A stretch of DNA of 64,000 bases from Polyangiales bacterium (GTDB taxonomy: Bacteria > Myxococcota_A > Polyangia > Polyangiales > Polyangiaceae): assembly GCA_038231275.1 (NCBI GenBank), contig JBBRLQ010000003.1, forward strand, positions 320,001 to 384,000, written 5' to 3'. The notes beneath the pieces were generated by a model. That model was not told where the DNA came from. It ran no database searches and saw only the letters and a program-made list of their open reading frames with translations. Shown here one piece after another: positions 46,175-58,146 of this stretch. The position numbers and the translations under genes were made by a program. The first letter of the stretch is position 1, and every line of letters starts with the position of its first letter.

Positions 46175-49100
46175 ATGGATGAGCTTCTCCCCGTGCTCGT
46201 CACGCATCTAGAAGACGCGCGCGCGAAGATTTACCTCACGACCGTCGCGCTCGACAACGAGGTCGCGATTCTTCCATTGGTCGACGCGCCGATCGACTCG
46301 ACGCGGCACGTGCTCGAGATCCACGCGGGCTCCGGCGATCCGCTCGTCCTGATCGCCGAGCCGCAGGGACCGGGCTCGGCAGACGGCTTCTTCCCGCTCC
46401 GCCTCAGCCCCCTCGACGAAGATCAAGCGGCGGTGCTCTACGCGTCGCTGCCGCCGGTCGAGAAGCGGCCGAGCATCCCCGACGAGGAAGAAGACGCGCC
46501 GACGCTCCTCAGGCCGCCCACCAACACGCAGAAGTTCAGCTCGCAGCTCTCGCCGGAGCATCGCGCCGCGCTCGGAGGTCCGCCCGATCCGACGGGCGCA
46601 AAGGCGCCGGAGATCGACAAGCTCCTCGGCGCGTCGATCGGCGGCGGCAAATTCCTCATCCAAGAGCTGCTCGGCGCAGGCGGCGCCGGCAAGGTCTACA
46701 AAGCGCGTCACCGCGAGCTGCGAAAGCCGATCGCCGTGAAGGTGCTGCACGCGTTCTACCAGCGCGATCTCGACTTCTGCGCGCGGTTTTACGGAGAGGC
46801 GCTGGCCGCCAGCAAGCTCGACCACCCGAACGTGCTGCGCATCGTCGACTTCGGGCAGGAGCCCGACGGCATGCTCTACATCGCGATGGAGTATCTGGAG
46901 GGAAAGAACCTCCAGCAGCTCGTCGACCAGGAGGGGCCGCAGCCGCTCGAGAGGATCGTCAACGTCATGATGCAGGTGTGCGCCGGCCTCTCGGTCGCGC
47001 ACGACAAGGGCATCGTGCACCGCGACATCAAGCCCGAGAACATCGTCCTCGTCGCGGGCGTCGACGACGACGGCAACGCGGCCGAGGTCGTCAAGGTGTG
47101 CGACTTCGGCATCGCGCAGCTCCGCACCCCCGACGACACGGGCATGACGGCCGCCGCGCAGAAGCAGATCGCGGGAACCCCGGAGTACATGTCGCCCGAG
47201 CAGTGCCGCGGCGAAGAGCTGGACGCGCGCTCGGATCTCTACGCGTGCGGCGTCACGATGTACGAGCTCGCGACCGGCAAGGTGCCGTTCACCGGCAAGA
47301 CGCCGATGGCCGTCATCACCAAGCACCTCGAGGAGCAGCCGATGCCGCCCTCGAGCTTCAAGCCGGACATCGACCCTCTCTTCGAGCAGATGATCATGCG
47401 CTCGATCCAGAAGGATCGGCGGGCGCGTCAGGAGAACGCGCGCGAGCTTCGGAACGAGCTCCGGGAGCTGCTCGAGCCGGTGCTCCAGGAGCAGCCGCCG
47501 TCGGCGGAACCGCCGCCTTCCATGTCGCGGCGCGAGACGCGGGAGGCCTCGGAGCTTCCGTCGCTCGAGTCCGAAACCGCGCATTTCCAGGAGTTCTTCG
47601 TCTCTCTGACCGGCGCCGTCTCGCGCACGACGTACTACGAGCGCGGGCACAAGGAGGCGGTGCACGCGATGGACCGGCTCGTCACGGCGGCCGAGGCGGT
47701 GCTCCAGTACCGTGGCGAGATCTCGTTTGCGCGGCGCGACGTCGGCGACACGATCGTGTTCAGCGTCTTGACGGGAATCGGGGAGGTGTACGAGCTGCGG
47801 AAGCTCATTAGCGGCACGATCTTCTCGATGTTCGGCCCGAAGTTCGGGGAAGTGTTCCAGCGCCGTAGCCTGGTGGCGCTCACCATCGAGGATGGGATCG
47901 ATCACGACCAGCTCTCCACGATGGTCGATCTCTTGAGCGGACCGGAGATCAGCGCCGACGAGCTGCGCAACCAGTTCATCGGAAAGGGGCTCACCCGCGC
48001 GAAGCTGCTCTTCGCGTCGGACCTCCTCGGCCGTGAGCGCCGGCTGCCCTGGCAGGTGGACCTGTGCATCTCGCGCCTCGCGCGCGATTTGAGGGCGCTC
48101 CCGCTGCTCCGGGGCGTCGATCACGACGGAATGCTCGCGCTCCGTATGCATCTCATCGCCGACGTCGTCCGCGCAGTGCCGCGCCCCGACCAGATCCGCA
48201 TCCTCCTCGAGAACGCCGACCTGATCGCCGAAGAGGTTCGTCACATCCCGGAGCTGGCGCGGCTCGACACGTTGCGGAGCCTCGTCGACGCGCTGCCACT
48301 CGGGCGCGTGGCGCAGGTCGGTCAGACGATCCTCGTCGACTGGAAGGCGGCGAAGGTCGAGGAGCGGACGAAGAAGGTGACCGCCGAGATCTCGCTCCGC
48401 TTCGCGCGCGATCGCAGCCCCGACGGCGACGACGTGCTGCGCGGCCTGCACACCCACGGTATCCTCCCCATCGAGAACCTGCCCGAAGATTTGCAGCAAT
48501 GGGTGCACGCGGAGCGGATGGCCGATCTCCTCATCCAGAGGCCCGAGACCGTGCTCCGGCCCCTCGATGGCCAGATGGACCCAGCGCGGTTCCAGCAGCA
48601 CATACTGATGCTCGAGCGCGCGATGCGGACGCTCGCGCAGCGCGGTGAGGCGTTGGCGCTCTCGGTGCCGCTGTCGTGGATCCGCAAGGTGCAAGGCGCT
48701 CGTGGCGAGATCGCGCGCGGCGCCCTGCGTTCATTGGAGGACCCGGCGGTCCTCGAGCCTGTGGGTCGCACGCTCTTCGTGGGCGTGGGCGACGCGCGAG
48801 ACGCCGCGCACGCCGTCCTGGTGCTCACGGGATCGGCGGGCGCGCGCGCGCTCTTCATGGCGCGCTGCAAAGAGACGGTCGACGCCGGCGCACGCGTTCG
48901 CTTCGTCGCGACGATGAAGCGCATCGGCAGCCCCGCGTGGCCCGTCTTGACCGCCGCGCTCGAGTACGTGCAGCCATCGCACGACGGCCACGTCGACGCC
49001 GCGCTGGCGGAGGACGTGCTGCGCGCGCTCCCGGAGGTGCAGGACGAACAAATCGGCGCGCTGGTCGCGCGTCTCATGCGGCACGGTGGACCGCCCGTCT

Positions 49101-49570
49101 GCCGCGCCGCCGCGACCGCGCTGGCGTCGCTCTGGGGTCAGCGTTCGAAACCCCTCCTCGTCGCCGTGCTCGACAACGAGGACGAGGGAGTGCGCATCGC
49201 GGCGCTCGCGGCGCTGCGCAAAGTCGGCGGCGTCGATGACAACGTGGTGGTCCGCATCGAGAAGATGCTCGGAAAGGGCAGCACGGACCTTCGAGCGGCG
49301 GCCGCAGCGGCGCTGGCGGACACACTCCCCCACGCCCGCGCGCGCGCCTTCGCGATCGTTCGTCAGGCGCTCTTGCCGCAAGCCAAAGGGGTGCTCGCGC
49401 GAATTCGCGGTCCAGGCGCCCCGACCGACGACGCGCTCGTGGTCCTCGCGCTGGGCCGCGCCGTCCTCGCGCTCGGCACGCCGGACGCCCGCGAGATCCT
49501 CCAGGCGCGCGCGGTCCAAGCCGACGAGCCGCTACGTGCCCAGCTCCTGGATCTTCTCCCGCGTCGCTGA
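46175..49570 (+). CDS. Cytoplasmic Ser/Thr protein kinase with HEAT-like repeats
   Basis: LGAGGAGKVY, IAVK, HRDIKPEN, DFGIA, GTPEYMSPE; C-terminal HEAT-like DEGVRIAALAAL; no TM seen. Confidence 0.9.
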   Translation: MDELLPVLVTHLEDARAKIYLTTVALDNEVAILPLVDAPIDSTRHVLEIHAGSGDPLVLIAEPQGPGSADGFFPLRLSPLDEDQAAVLYASLPPVEKRPSIPDEEEDAPTLLRPPTNTQKFSSQLSPEHRAALGGPPDPTGAKAPEIDKLLGASIGGGKFLIQELLGAGGAGKVYKARHRELRKPIAVKVLHAFYQRDLDFCARFYGEALAASKLDHPNVLRIVDFGQEPDGMLYIAMEYLEGKNLQQLVDQEGPQPLERIVNVMMQVCAGLSVAHDKGIVHRDIKPENIVLVAGVDDDGNAAEVVKVCDFGIAQLRTPDDTGMTAAAQKQIAGTPEYMSPEQCRGEELDARSDLYACGVTMYELATGKVPFTGKTPMAVITKHLEEQPMPPSSFKPDIDPLFEQMIMRSIQKDRRARQENARELRNELRELLEPVLQEQPPSAEPPPSMSRRETREASELPSLESETAHFQEFFVSLTGAVSRTTYYERGHKEAVHAMDRLVTAAEAVLQYRGEISFARRDVGDTIVFSVLTGIGEVYELRKLISGTIFSMFGPKFGEVFQRRSLVALTIEDGIDHDQLSTMVDLLSGPEISADELRNQFIGKGLTRAKLLFASDLLGRERRLPWQVDLCISRLARDLRALPLLRGVDHDGMLALRMHLIADVVRAVPRPDQIRILLENADLIAEEVRHIPELARLDTLRSLVDALPLGRVAQVGQTILVDWKAAKVEERTKKVTAEISLRFARDRSPDGDDVLRGLHTHGILPIENLPEDLQQWVHAERMADLLIQRPETVLRPLDGQMDPARFQQHILMLERAMRTLAQRGEALALSVPLSWIRKVQGARGEIARGALRSLEDPAVLEPVGRTLFVGVGDARDAAHAVLVLTGSAGARALFMARCKETVDAGARVRFVATMKRIGSPAWPVLTAALEYVQPSHDGHVDAALAEDVLRALPEVQDEQIGALVARLMRHGGPPVCRAAATALASLWGQRSKPLLVAVLDNEDEGVRIAALAALRKVGGVDDNVVVRIEKMLGKGSTDLRAAAAAALADTLPHARARAFAIVRQALLPQAKGVLARIRGPGAPTDDALVVLALGRAVLALGTPDAREILQARAVQADEPLRAQLLDLLPRR

Positions 49571-49590
49571 CCGAGCGTCCGCTCGCGTGG

Positions 49591-50481
49591 TCAATTGTTG
49601 GCGTGACAGAGCTTGGCGTCCTTGGCCTCGGTCAGCTTGCACTTCGCGTTCTGCGGGCAGTCCGTGTCGACCTTGCATGACCGGTAGCAGAGCTTCCCCG
49701 TCTTTGGCGCGGTCGTGAACAAGGGAGGGCATTTCCCGTCGCCGCGGTGCGGTATGCCGAAGAGGCTCGGGATCTTGCGCTTGCCGTCACTGATCGGCGC
49801 GCCCGCATCGGTACAAACGGTCGTGTACTGCGTCGCGATCCCCATGGCGCCCGAGGGCTCGAGCAGGATCGCGGCTTCGCACACCGCCGCGCTCTTCTGG
49901 CATTCGAGATCGTCTTTGCAGATGTAGGCGCAGTGGGGATCGCGATGGGCGAGGTCCTGCACGACGAGCAACTCCAGCTTGTCGACGGAGCAGTAAGGGA
50001 TCTTGCCGGAGTCCCCGCCGCCGTCGAGCATGGCCGTCGCCATTTGGTCGTCGAAGACGAACCGCGGCATCCACCCCATCAGCGTTCGCGCGGGAGGGTA
50101 CGGGGCCTCGAAGGTCACCCGATAGAATCCGTTGCGCTCCGCGAGCGCGGTGACCGCGTAGCCCGACTTGAGCGCCGTGGTCACGACGCCTTTGGGGTAC
50201 GAGCGGTACGCGTTTGCGAACGGAGTCTTCACCGTCAAGGCGAGGTGGTCGACCGCCGTCTCGTCTTCGTAGCGCGTGACCTCGAGCTCGTTGGCGGCCT
50301 CCGGGCCGGCGGCGTCGGGCTCGGCGTCGAGCGCCCCCGCGTCCCTCACGGCTCCTCCAGCGTCCATCGCCACGACAGGCTTCTTGTCGTCGCACCCACC
50401 GACCGATGCCAGCGTCGCGTACGGCGCGACCAGGACACACGCGGCGATCATGCGCGCCGCCAGCCGTCCTTCTCTCGTCAT
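49591..50481 (-). CDS. Hypothetical lipoprotein with SH3-like and Cys-rich regions
   Basis: VGGC lipobox-like, AERNGFYRV..GWM (SH3b-like), C..D.DC motifs. Confidence 0.7.
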   Translation of the reverse strand: MTREGRLAARMIAACVLVAPYATLASVGGCDDKKPVVAMDAGGAVRDAGALDAEPDAAGPEAANELEVTRYEDETAVDHLALTVKTPFANAYRSYPKGVVTTALKSGYAVTALAERNGFYRVTFEAPYPPARTLMGWMPRFVFDDQMATAMLDGGGDSGKIPYCSVDKLELLVVQDLAHRDPHCAYICKDDLECQKSAAVCEAAILLEPSGAMGIATQYTTVCTDAGAPISDGKRKIPSLFGIPHRGDGKCPPLFTTAPKTGKLCYRSCKVDTDCPQNAKCKLTEAKDAKLCHANN

Positions 50482-50513
50482 GGGCCTGAGTCTAGAGCAA
50501 CCGTGAGACCCCA

Positions 50514-50553
50514 CAAAAAAACATCGGGCGGAAGGGATGTCCCTTCCGCCCGA
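50514..50553 (-). terminator. Intrinsic terminator after the diheme gene
   Basis: Perfect inverted repeat TCGGGCGGAAGGGA / TCCCTTCCGCCCGA followed on the minus strand by a T tract. Confidence 0.85.
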
Positions 50554-50575
50554 CGAACCGACTCTTTCGTTCCGA

Positions 50576-52117
50576 CTACAGCGTGCGCAGGAAGTTGATG
50601 AGGTCCTGCTGCTCCGACGGGCGGAGGCTCGCGAAGTTGCGAACGACTTGGTTGGCCTCCGAGGCCGGGTACGCCGGCGACCCGTCGTGCTCCCTCGACG
50701 GGCGCGAGAAGTGCGCAATGATCGCGTCGGTCAGCGTGTTCGCGCGGCCGTCATGGAGGAAGAAGAGGCGCTGGCCGACACCCCAGAGCGGTGCGGTGCG
50801 GAACTGATCGGGCCCGGCGCCGCCCTGGTTCACGTTGTCCGCGAGGTTCGCGCCCATGTGGTGGATGAGGATGTCCGAGTACGGGTGGAACGTGCGGTCG
50901 CGGAGCGTCACGCTGGCGTTGCCGAGCGCGCCGGCCTGGGTGTGCATCGTCTCGGTGTGGCAATCGGCGCAGCCGACGTCGTTGAACACGTCGTATCCGC
51001 GCTGCGCGCTCGCGTTCCGCGCGGCCGGCGTCGGCGGGGCGGTGAAGCGCATGAAGATGGCGAACATCATCCAGTCGGCCAGCTCGTCGATGGGGTTGTT
51101 GAAGTTGTCCTTCGGATCCATCGGATCGCTGCCGTCGCCGGTCAGCGTGACGTCGTTCGGGTGCGCGCCGAGACCGCAGTTGTCGTCTTCGACCTTCTGC
51201 GTCGGATTGAGCTCGTTGGTGACGCCCATCTCGACCGTGTACGCCTCGCCCGAGAACACGAAGAGCGATTTGTTCTGCGCCTTCCAGCCGAACTTGGTGA
51301 TCGTGCCGTCGTTGCCGCTGTGGTTCGCGACACCGTGGATGCCGAGCGCCGCCTTGTGGCCGGCGTTCTGCGCCGCGCGGTTCATGATCTCGCGGTCGAA
51401 CAGGCCGTCGATGAGGCCGAGGCCGAAGACCGGCGTCGGAATGCGGAAGATCAGGTTGTCGTGATCCGAGAAGTCCGGCTGCCCGAGGGTGCACGCCGGC
51501 GCGTCCGAGCGGCCGCGCGTCGAGAACTTCTGGTGGACGCCACCGTCGCGGGTGCCGTCCTGGTTGTAGATGAAGCGCACCTCGCGCGTCGGGCCGTCCG
51601 GTCTCTCGAACCAGGGGACGATGTTCGTCGCGCCCTTCATCGACGCCGCGCGGAACGACGGGTTGAGCGCCGGCGACGTGCCGCCGAATGTCGGCTGCGC
51701 GTGGCAGGTGCCCATGCACTGGATGTCGTTGTAACGGGCGCCGAGGCCCGACGAGTTCGTGAGGTCCTCCTGACCAGGCAGGCGGACCTGGCCGGCAGGG
51801 AGATCCTGGCAGCCGTTGCAGGTCGCCTCGTTCTCCGAGGCGCGGACGATGCCCTCGTTGAAGAGCGCGAGCTCGTTGGCGTTCATGCCATCGATCGGGC
51901 CGCCGGCGCCGGGAGGGCCACCGCGCACACCGGGGTCCACGACGCCGTGACCGACGCGCGGCGTGTCGTTGTAGGCGCCCTCGAGCTCGGACGCGACCGA
52001 AGCCGCCGCCGTCTTGTCGGGACCCGCAGTGTCGCTGGAGCCGCAACCCACCATCGCGGCGGCGAGAGCCCCAGAGATCGTCAGACCCAGCATCGTCGTG
52101 GCCGTCAGCTTCGACAT
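50576..52117 (-). CDS. Di-heme oxidoreductase (DHOR-like) lipoprotein
   Basis: MVGC lipobox, GLGARYN..CMGTCH, FGLGL, FGWKA, EMGVT, GCADCH, YSDILIHHMG, FRTAPLWG, FLHDGRA. Confidence 0.88.
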   Translation of the reverse strand: MSKLTATTMLGLTISGALAAAMVGCGSSDTAGPDKTAAASVASELEGAYNDTPRVGHGVVDPGVRGGPPGAGGPIDGMNANELALFNEGIVRASENEATCNGCQDLPAGQVRLPGQEDLTNSSGLGARYNDIQCMGTCHAQPTFGGTSPALNPSFRAASMKGATNIVPWFERPDGPTREVRFIYNQDGTRDGGVHQKFSTRGRSDAPACTLGQPDFSDHDNLIFRIPTPVFGLGLIDGLFDREIMNRAAQNAGHKAALGIHGVANHSGNDGTITKFGWKAQNKSLFVFSGEAYTVEMGVTNELNPTQKVEDDNCGLGAHPNDVTLTGDGSDPMDPKDNFNNPIDELADWMMFAIFMRFTAPPTPAARNASAQRGYDVFNDVGCADCHTETMHTQAGALGNASVTLRDRTFHPYSDILIHHMGANLADNVNQGGAGPDQFRTAPLWGVGQRLFFLHDGRANTLTDAIIAHFSRPSREHDGSPAYPASEANQVVRNFASLRPSEQQDLINFLRTL

Positions 52118-52159
52118 CGATTTCGCCTCCCTCAGTGCGTTCCGAGCAAGGGGGGTCAT

Positions 52160-52175
52160 TGCAGCTGTCGAGCCA
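52160..52175 (-). promoter_or_regulatory. Sigma-54 -24/-12 promoter for the diheme gene
   Basis: Minus strand TGGCTCGACAGCTGCA with correct GG/GC spacing; GAGGGAGG SD downstream; divergent activator gene adjacent. Confidence 0.6.
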
Positions 52176-52478
52176 AGGTCGACCTTAACGGCCAACCACA
52201 AGGAATCTTGAGCTAAATCTGAAAATCAGGAATCTGTGGGATGACCCGTTTTCAATACGTGGTCACGCTATCTACATGAAAAGATTCACGTGGAATCCAG
52301 TACGGCCGCGTTCCTTTCTTCAAATCGAGCTAACCGTTCGATGTAAAACGACAAATCTTTGACGGTGAGGGGAGGGGCGTATTGTTTTCAATGCAACGGT
52401 TGCGCTCCCGAACGAGCTTCCGTTAGCCTGACTCGACCGGGCGTGCCGACAGGAGCGCAAGAGACGAGCAGCATTGCG

Positions 52479-53879
<1,401 letters not shown>

Positions 53880-53888
53880 CGCGCTACG

Positions 53889-56258
53889 TCAGCCTCGTTC
53901 ACGCAGGACCGCGATGCCGCGCGGACCCTCGACGCAGATTCGCAACCCGGAGAAGCGCGGCAGGTACGCGAGCGGCGGCGGATCGCGGCGGCTGCCTTTG
54001 ATCATGCGCAGCATCACCTGCGAGCGTGCCACATCGTAGTCGGCCTCGTACCTCGCGTCGCCGACGTCGACGACGCGCGGGAACTCTTTGTCGAGGGCGC
54101 CTCGCGCTTCGTAGGGGACGTCGTCCGCCGTCAGATCCTTCGCGGAGAGGAGCGCGAGATCGTCGCCGCTCTCGACCCCCAGCGCGACGAGGCGCTGGCG
54201 GACCCACTCCTCGACGCTCGGCACGGGGTCGGGTGCGGCGATGCCCGCCGGGTGCCCCCGCGCGGCGAGCTGGGCGGCGAGCGCTCGGAGCGCGAGGCGG
54301 TCTCGCGTCGCACGGAGCGCGCCCTCGCCGCGGAAGAGGCTGCCGCGCAAGAACAGCTCCGCGATGGCGGCGCGCGCGACCTCACCGGTCGGCACCTCGT
54401 CGCGCGTCGCGATCACACGCTTTGCGTAGACGCGCTCGACCGTCGCCATCGCTCGGCCGGCCTCGAGGCGCACGCTGGCCAGGCGATCGTGGCCAAGGCC
54501 GGCGCGCGCGACCCACCCCAGTGGGATCGCCGCCGCGCACGTCACGAGCAAGCGCGTGGCCCTTCCCGTGCCGAACGCGCGGGCGTCGAAGAGGACCAGG
54601 GCCTCCACCTCGCGCAGGTTCCGTAGCGCACTCTCGCGCGCGAGCTCGAGCTCGGTACCGCCGTTGCTGAACGCGATGCCGCCGCCTCGGGCGCGCCCCA
54701 CGTGGACGGCGCGGGGATCGGCGGCGATCGCGGCGCGGATGAGCGCCTCGCGGTCGAACGGTCCGTCGGCGAGCGGCGCGTCGCCCACACCGAGGGATCG
54801 CCGTAGCCGCGCGCGCAGCCGCCGCGCTTCCTCCACCGCGAACGCCGACACGCGATGCGTCTCCGATCGTCCGATGCGAACGGCGCGCACGAGGGCCGTC
54901 GCGTCGCATCCGCCGCGGCGCAGATCATCGTGCGCGTCCTCCGGCGCGGGGCCCGCATGGAAGATCGGCCGGCCCACGCCGAGCGCTGCCACCAGATCGA
55001 TCGCGTCGTCGACGCATCCGACGCGCTGCGCCTCGACGAGGAGGCGCGCGTGCGGCGGATCAATCGGGAGCGCGAAGAGGCCGCGACCGCCCTCGCTCAG
55101 CGTCCCGTCCTTCGCGAGCGCTCCCCACGCCTCGAGGTCCGCGCGCGCCGCCGCGAGGGCGTACGGCTTCGGCGCGTCGAGGAGCGGCAGGTCCTCGGGA
55201 CGAGCGCCCCAGGCGGCGGCCGAGAGCACGAGCGGCACCAGGGATTCGCGATGCACCTCGGGCAGCGTGATCTTCTCGAGGCGCGCCGACGCGCTCCACA
55301 TCCGGTAACAGACCCCCGGCGCCGTTCGCCCGGCGCGTCCGGCGCGCTGCGCCGCCGAGTCCTCCGCGATCGGCGCGAGCACGAGCGACGCGCGCCCTTC
55401 GTGGTATCGGGTTTGTCGAACCAGCCCCGCGTCGATGACGACGCCGACCCCTGGGATCGTGATCGACGTCTCGGCTACGTTGGTCGCGAGGATCACCTTG
55501 CGACGGCCGGCGGGCGCAAACGCGGCGCGCTGCTCGTCGAGCGACAGTCCCCCGTGGAGCGGAACGACCACGCGCTCGTTCGCGTTCGCGTTCGCGTCGA
55601 GCGCGCGTCGGCACGCTTCGATCTCTGCCTTTCCTGGTAAGAAGACGAGCACGTCCCCGGCGTCCGCCTTGGCGGCCTCGAGGGTCCGCGCCAGGCGCGT
55701 GCCGATCTCCGCCGCGTCGGGCAGTGCGTCGCCGCGCTCGACGTACCTCACGTCGACCGGAAATGCGCGCCCCTCGCCGACCAAGTACGCCCCTCCGACG
55801 TGCCGCGCGACGCGCTCCCCTTCGATCGTCGCCGACATGACGACGAGCCCGGAGCGCTGCGCGTTCCGGAGGAGCAGCGCCAGGAGGAGATCCACGTCGA
55901 GCGTGCGCTCATGGAACTCATCGAGGATGACGGTCCGCGCGGTCTCGACGAGGGCCCGATCGCGCAGCGCGATGCCGGGCGTCGCGAAGAGGATGCGCGT
56001 CGCGTCGCACCGGGCCGAGTCGTCGCGCACGACGTACCCGACACTCTGCCCGATCGGGCTGCCTTCGAGCTCCGCGACGCGCGCAGCGAGGCTCCGGCAC
56101 GCCACGCGACGCGGCTCGATGACGAGGACCGGACCTGGGCACCAGCGCGGCACCTCCGTCGACTTTCCCGAGCCGGTCGGCGAGGACACGACCACGGGCC
56201 CGCGGGCCAGCGCGTCCAGGAAGGGAGCGCGCAGCGTCTCGATGGGCAGCGCGCGCAT
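53889..56258 (-). CDS. hrpB: ATP-dependent RNA helicase, HrpB-like (DEAH)
   Basis: PTGSGKS, EPRRVA, DEFHER, MSAT, FLPG, ATNVAETSITI, QRAGRAGR. Confidence 0.85.
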   Translation of the reverse strand: MRALPIETLRAPFLDALARGPVVVSSPTGSGKSTEVPRWCPGPVLVIEPRRVACRSLAARVAELEGSPIGQSVGYVVRDDSARCDATRILFATPGIALRDRALVETARTVILDEFHERTLDVDLLLALLLRNAQRSGLVVMSATIEGERVARHVGGAYLVGEGRAFPVDVRYVERGDALPDAAEIGTRLARTLEAAKADAGDVLVFLPGKAEIEACRRALDANANANERVVVPLHGGLSLDEQRAAFAPAGRRKVILATNVAETSITIPGVGVVIDAGLVRQTRYHEGRASLVLAPIAEDSAAQRAGRAGRTAPGVCYRMWSASARLEKITLPEVHRESLVPLVLSAAAWGARPEDLPLLDAPKPYALAAARADLEAWGALAKDGTLSEGGRGLFALPIDPPHARLLVEAQRVGCVDDAIDLVAALGVGRPIFHAGPAPEDAHDDLRRGGCDATALVRAVRIGRSETHRVSAFAVEEARRLRARLRRSLGVGDAPLADGPFDREALIRAAIAADPRAVHVGRARGGGIAFSNGGTELELARESALRNLREVEALVLFDARAFGTGRATRLLVTCAAAIPLGWVARAGLGHDRLASVRLEAGRAMATVERVYAKRVIATRDEVPTGEVARAAIAELFLRGSLFRGEGALRATRDRLALRALAAQLAARGHPAGIAAPDPVPSVEEWVRQRLVALGVESGDDLALLSAKDLTADDVPYEARGALDKEFPRVVDVGDARYEADYDVARSQVMLRMIKGSRRDPPPLAYLPRFSGLRICVEGPRGIAVLRERG

Positions 56259-56344
56259 CCCAACGCTTCTCGCACATCCGCACTCGCGCGTCGCCCGCAA
56301 AGCCGGCTCGAACGAGCGGCACGTGCCTTGCTGTTCGGAGGGGC

Positions 56345-56998
56345 ATGCACCCTTCCTTCATCGCGTCACTCGTACTCGCTCTCGCGATTCTTCCACGCAT
56401 CGCTGCCGCCGCGCCCGAGGGTGCGAACGCGCCGGAGGGTGGTCGCGGCGTCGATGTCATAGCCCACTCCGACGTGGGCATGCTCCTGTCCGCCGGCGGG
56501 CACCAGGCCAGCATGCTCGACGCCGGCCTCGCCGCGTTCTACCGCCCGACCCGGCGCCTCGCGTTCGGAATGACGGCGAGCCGCAGCTGGTCGTCCTACG
56601 AGAGCACCGCGATCCTCGTCATCGACGGCCGCTTCCGCGCGACGGAGGCGCCGACGATCTACCGCGGTGCGCTCGCGATCCGATACGACTACGCGATCCT
56701 CGGACCGGCGACGGCGTGGGTCGCCGGCGACCTCGGCGTCGCCTTCGCGCGCGATCGCTACACCGCGACCGATCCGGATTTCCACACACGAACGACGACG
56801 GACACGCGCGTCGCACCATGGATGGGTGCGTCGACGGGCCTCGAGCTGCGTCCGGTTCGTGTCGTGTCGATCGGCCTGCGGGTCGGCGCAGCCCACCTCG
56901 CCTTCAGCGCGCCAGCCGAGTCCGGGAGCGCGATCCCGGGGCCGGTGCAGTCGCTCTACGCCGGGCTCGCGCTCGGTGTGCATCTGCCGATCGACTGA
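56345..56998 (+). CDS. Hypothetical outer-membrane beta-barrel-like protein
   Basis: GGAGG SD, signal peptide, alternating amphipathic strands. Confidence 0.6.
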   Translation: MHPSFIASLVLALAILPRIAAAAPEGANAPEGGRGVDVIAHSDVGMLLSAGGHQASMLDAGLAAFYRPTRRLAFGMTASRSWSSYESTAILVIDGRFRATEAPTIYRGALAIRYDYAILGPATAWVAGDLGVAFARDRYTATDPDFHTRTTTDTRVAPWMGASTGLELRPVRVVSIGLRVGAAHLAFSAPAESGSAIPGPVQSLYAGLALGVHLPID

Positions 56999-57050
56999 GG
57001 TCTCACCGTGGCGCTGCTTCGCAGAGCGTGACAGCATCCGACCGCTCTCC

Positions 57051-58139
57051 ATGAAGCCGCGCGCGCTCCTGATCACGATGACGTTGCTCGCCGTCGCCTG
57101 CGGGAGTCGGACATTTCTCGGGGGCGGCGTGGAGGCGGACGGATCGCCGACGGGCGCCGACGCATCCGTTGGTCACGCCGTGGACGCGTCGAGTGAGGCG
57201 GGCGCCGACGGAAGGCCATCGTCGTGTGTGGACGAGGTCATCGCGCGCGATGGGCGTGGCGCGACGGTCCTCGCCGTCGATGGCGACACGGTGTTCTGGG
57301 GAACCGTCGACGGCCGTGTGCAGCGCCACGACGCGCGCGGCAACGCGCTCCTCGCGCAGGCGACGGGGGCGATCGACGCAATCGCGTTCGACGCCGCACG
57401 CGTTTACTACGCCGTGACCGGCGAGCTCGCGTCCGTGCCGCGCGGCGGCGGAGCATCGTCCATCGTCGCGCAGAAGATCGGCTTGCCGACCGCGATCGCC
57501 GTCGATCCGCAGGCCATCTACGTGCTCGACCATGGGCAAGGCATCGCGGCGGGCCGAGTGCTTCGCGTCGAGGCCGATGGAGGGTCGAGCGTCCTCACGT
57601 CGGGCCTCGACGTGCCTAGCGGGCTCGCCGCCGATCGTGAGCACCTCTACGTCCCCGCGGCCCTCGTCTTGATCGACGGAGGCGCGGCCCTCGGCCCTCT
57701 GGTCGCGATCCCCAAGGCCGGTGGTGCGCCGTCGCTGCTCCTCCAAGGTTTGAAGCAGCCCAGCGGCATCACGACCTTCGGCGGACGCGTCTACTTCATC
57801 GAGCAAGTGGACGCTCACTCCACGCTCGACGGCGGTCTCCGCGCGATCGCGCCGTCGGGCGGGCCGGTCTCGACGATCGTGCACACGCCCGCCCTCCTTC
57901 CGATCGGGGTCAGCGTCGACGCGCAGGGAGCTGCGGTGACGGCTCTCTCGAACACGACCGGAGGCGCGCTCCTCGTGGCCGCGCTGGACGGCTCCGGCGC
58001 GCGCCAGCTCGCGTCGACGCCGGGCGTGGTCTACGCCGACGTCGCGCTCGCGGGTCCCGCCGTGTACTGGACGATCGGCTGGACGTCGTCCGCGCACGTC
58101 CCCGCCGACTCTCCGAGCGTCCGCAAAGCGTGCCGCTGA
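57051..58139 (+). CDS. Beta-propeller lipoprotein
   Basis: LAVAC lipobox; repeated (L/I)AVD...VYW / P..GG blades. Confidence 0.8.
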   Translation: MKPRALLITMTLLAVACGSRTFLGGGVEADGSPTGADASVGHAVDASSEAGADGRPSSCVDEVIARDGRGATVLAVDGDTVFWGTVDGRVQRHDARGNALLAQATGAIDAIAFDAARVYYAVTGELASVPRGGGASSIVAQKIGLPTAIAVDPQAIYVLDHGQGIAAGRVLRVEADGGSSVLTSGLDVPSGLAADREHLYVPAALVLIDGGAALGPLVAIPKAGGAPSLLLQGLKQPSGITTFGGRVYFIEQVDAHSTLDGGLRAIAPSGGPVSTIVHTPALLPIGVSVDAQGAAVTALSNTTGGALLVAALDGSGARQLASTPGVVYADVALAGPAVYWTIGWTSSAHVPADSPSVRKACR

Positions 58140-58146
58140 GTGCGCC

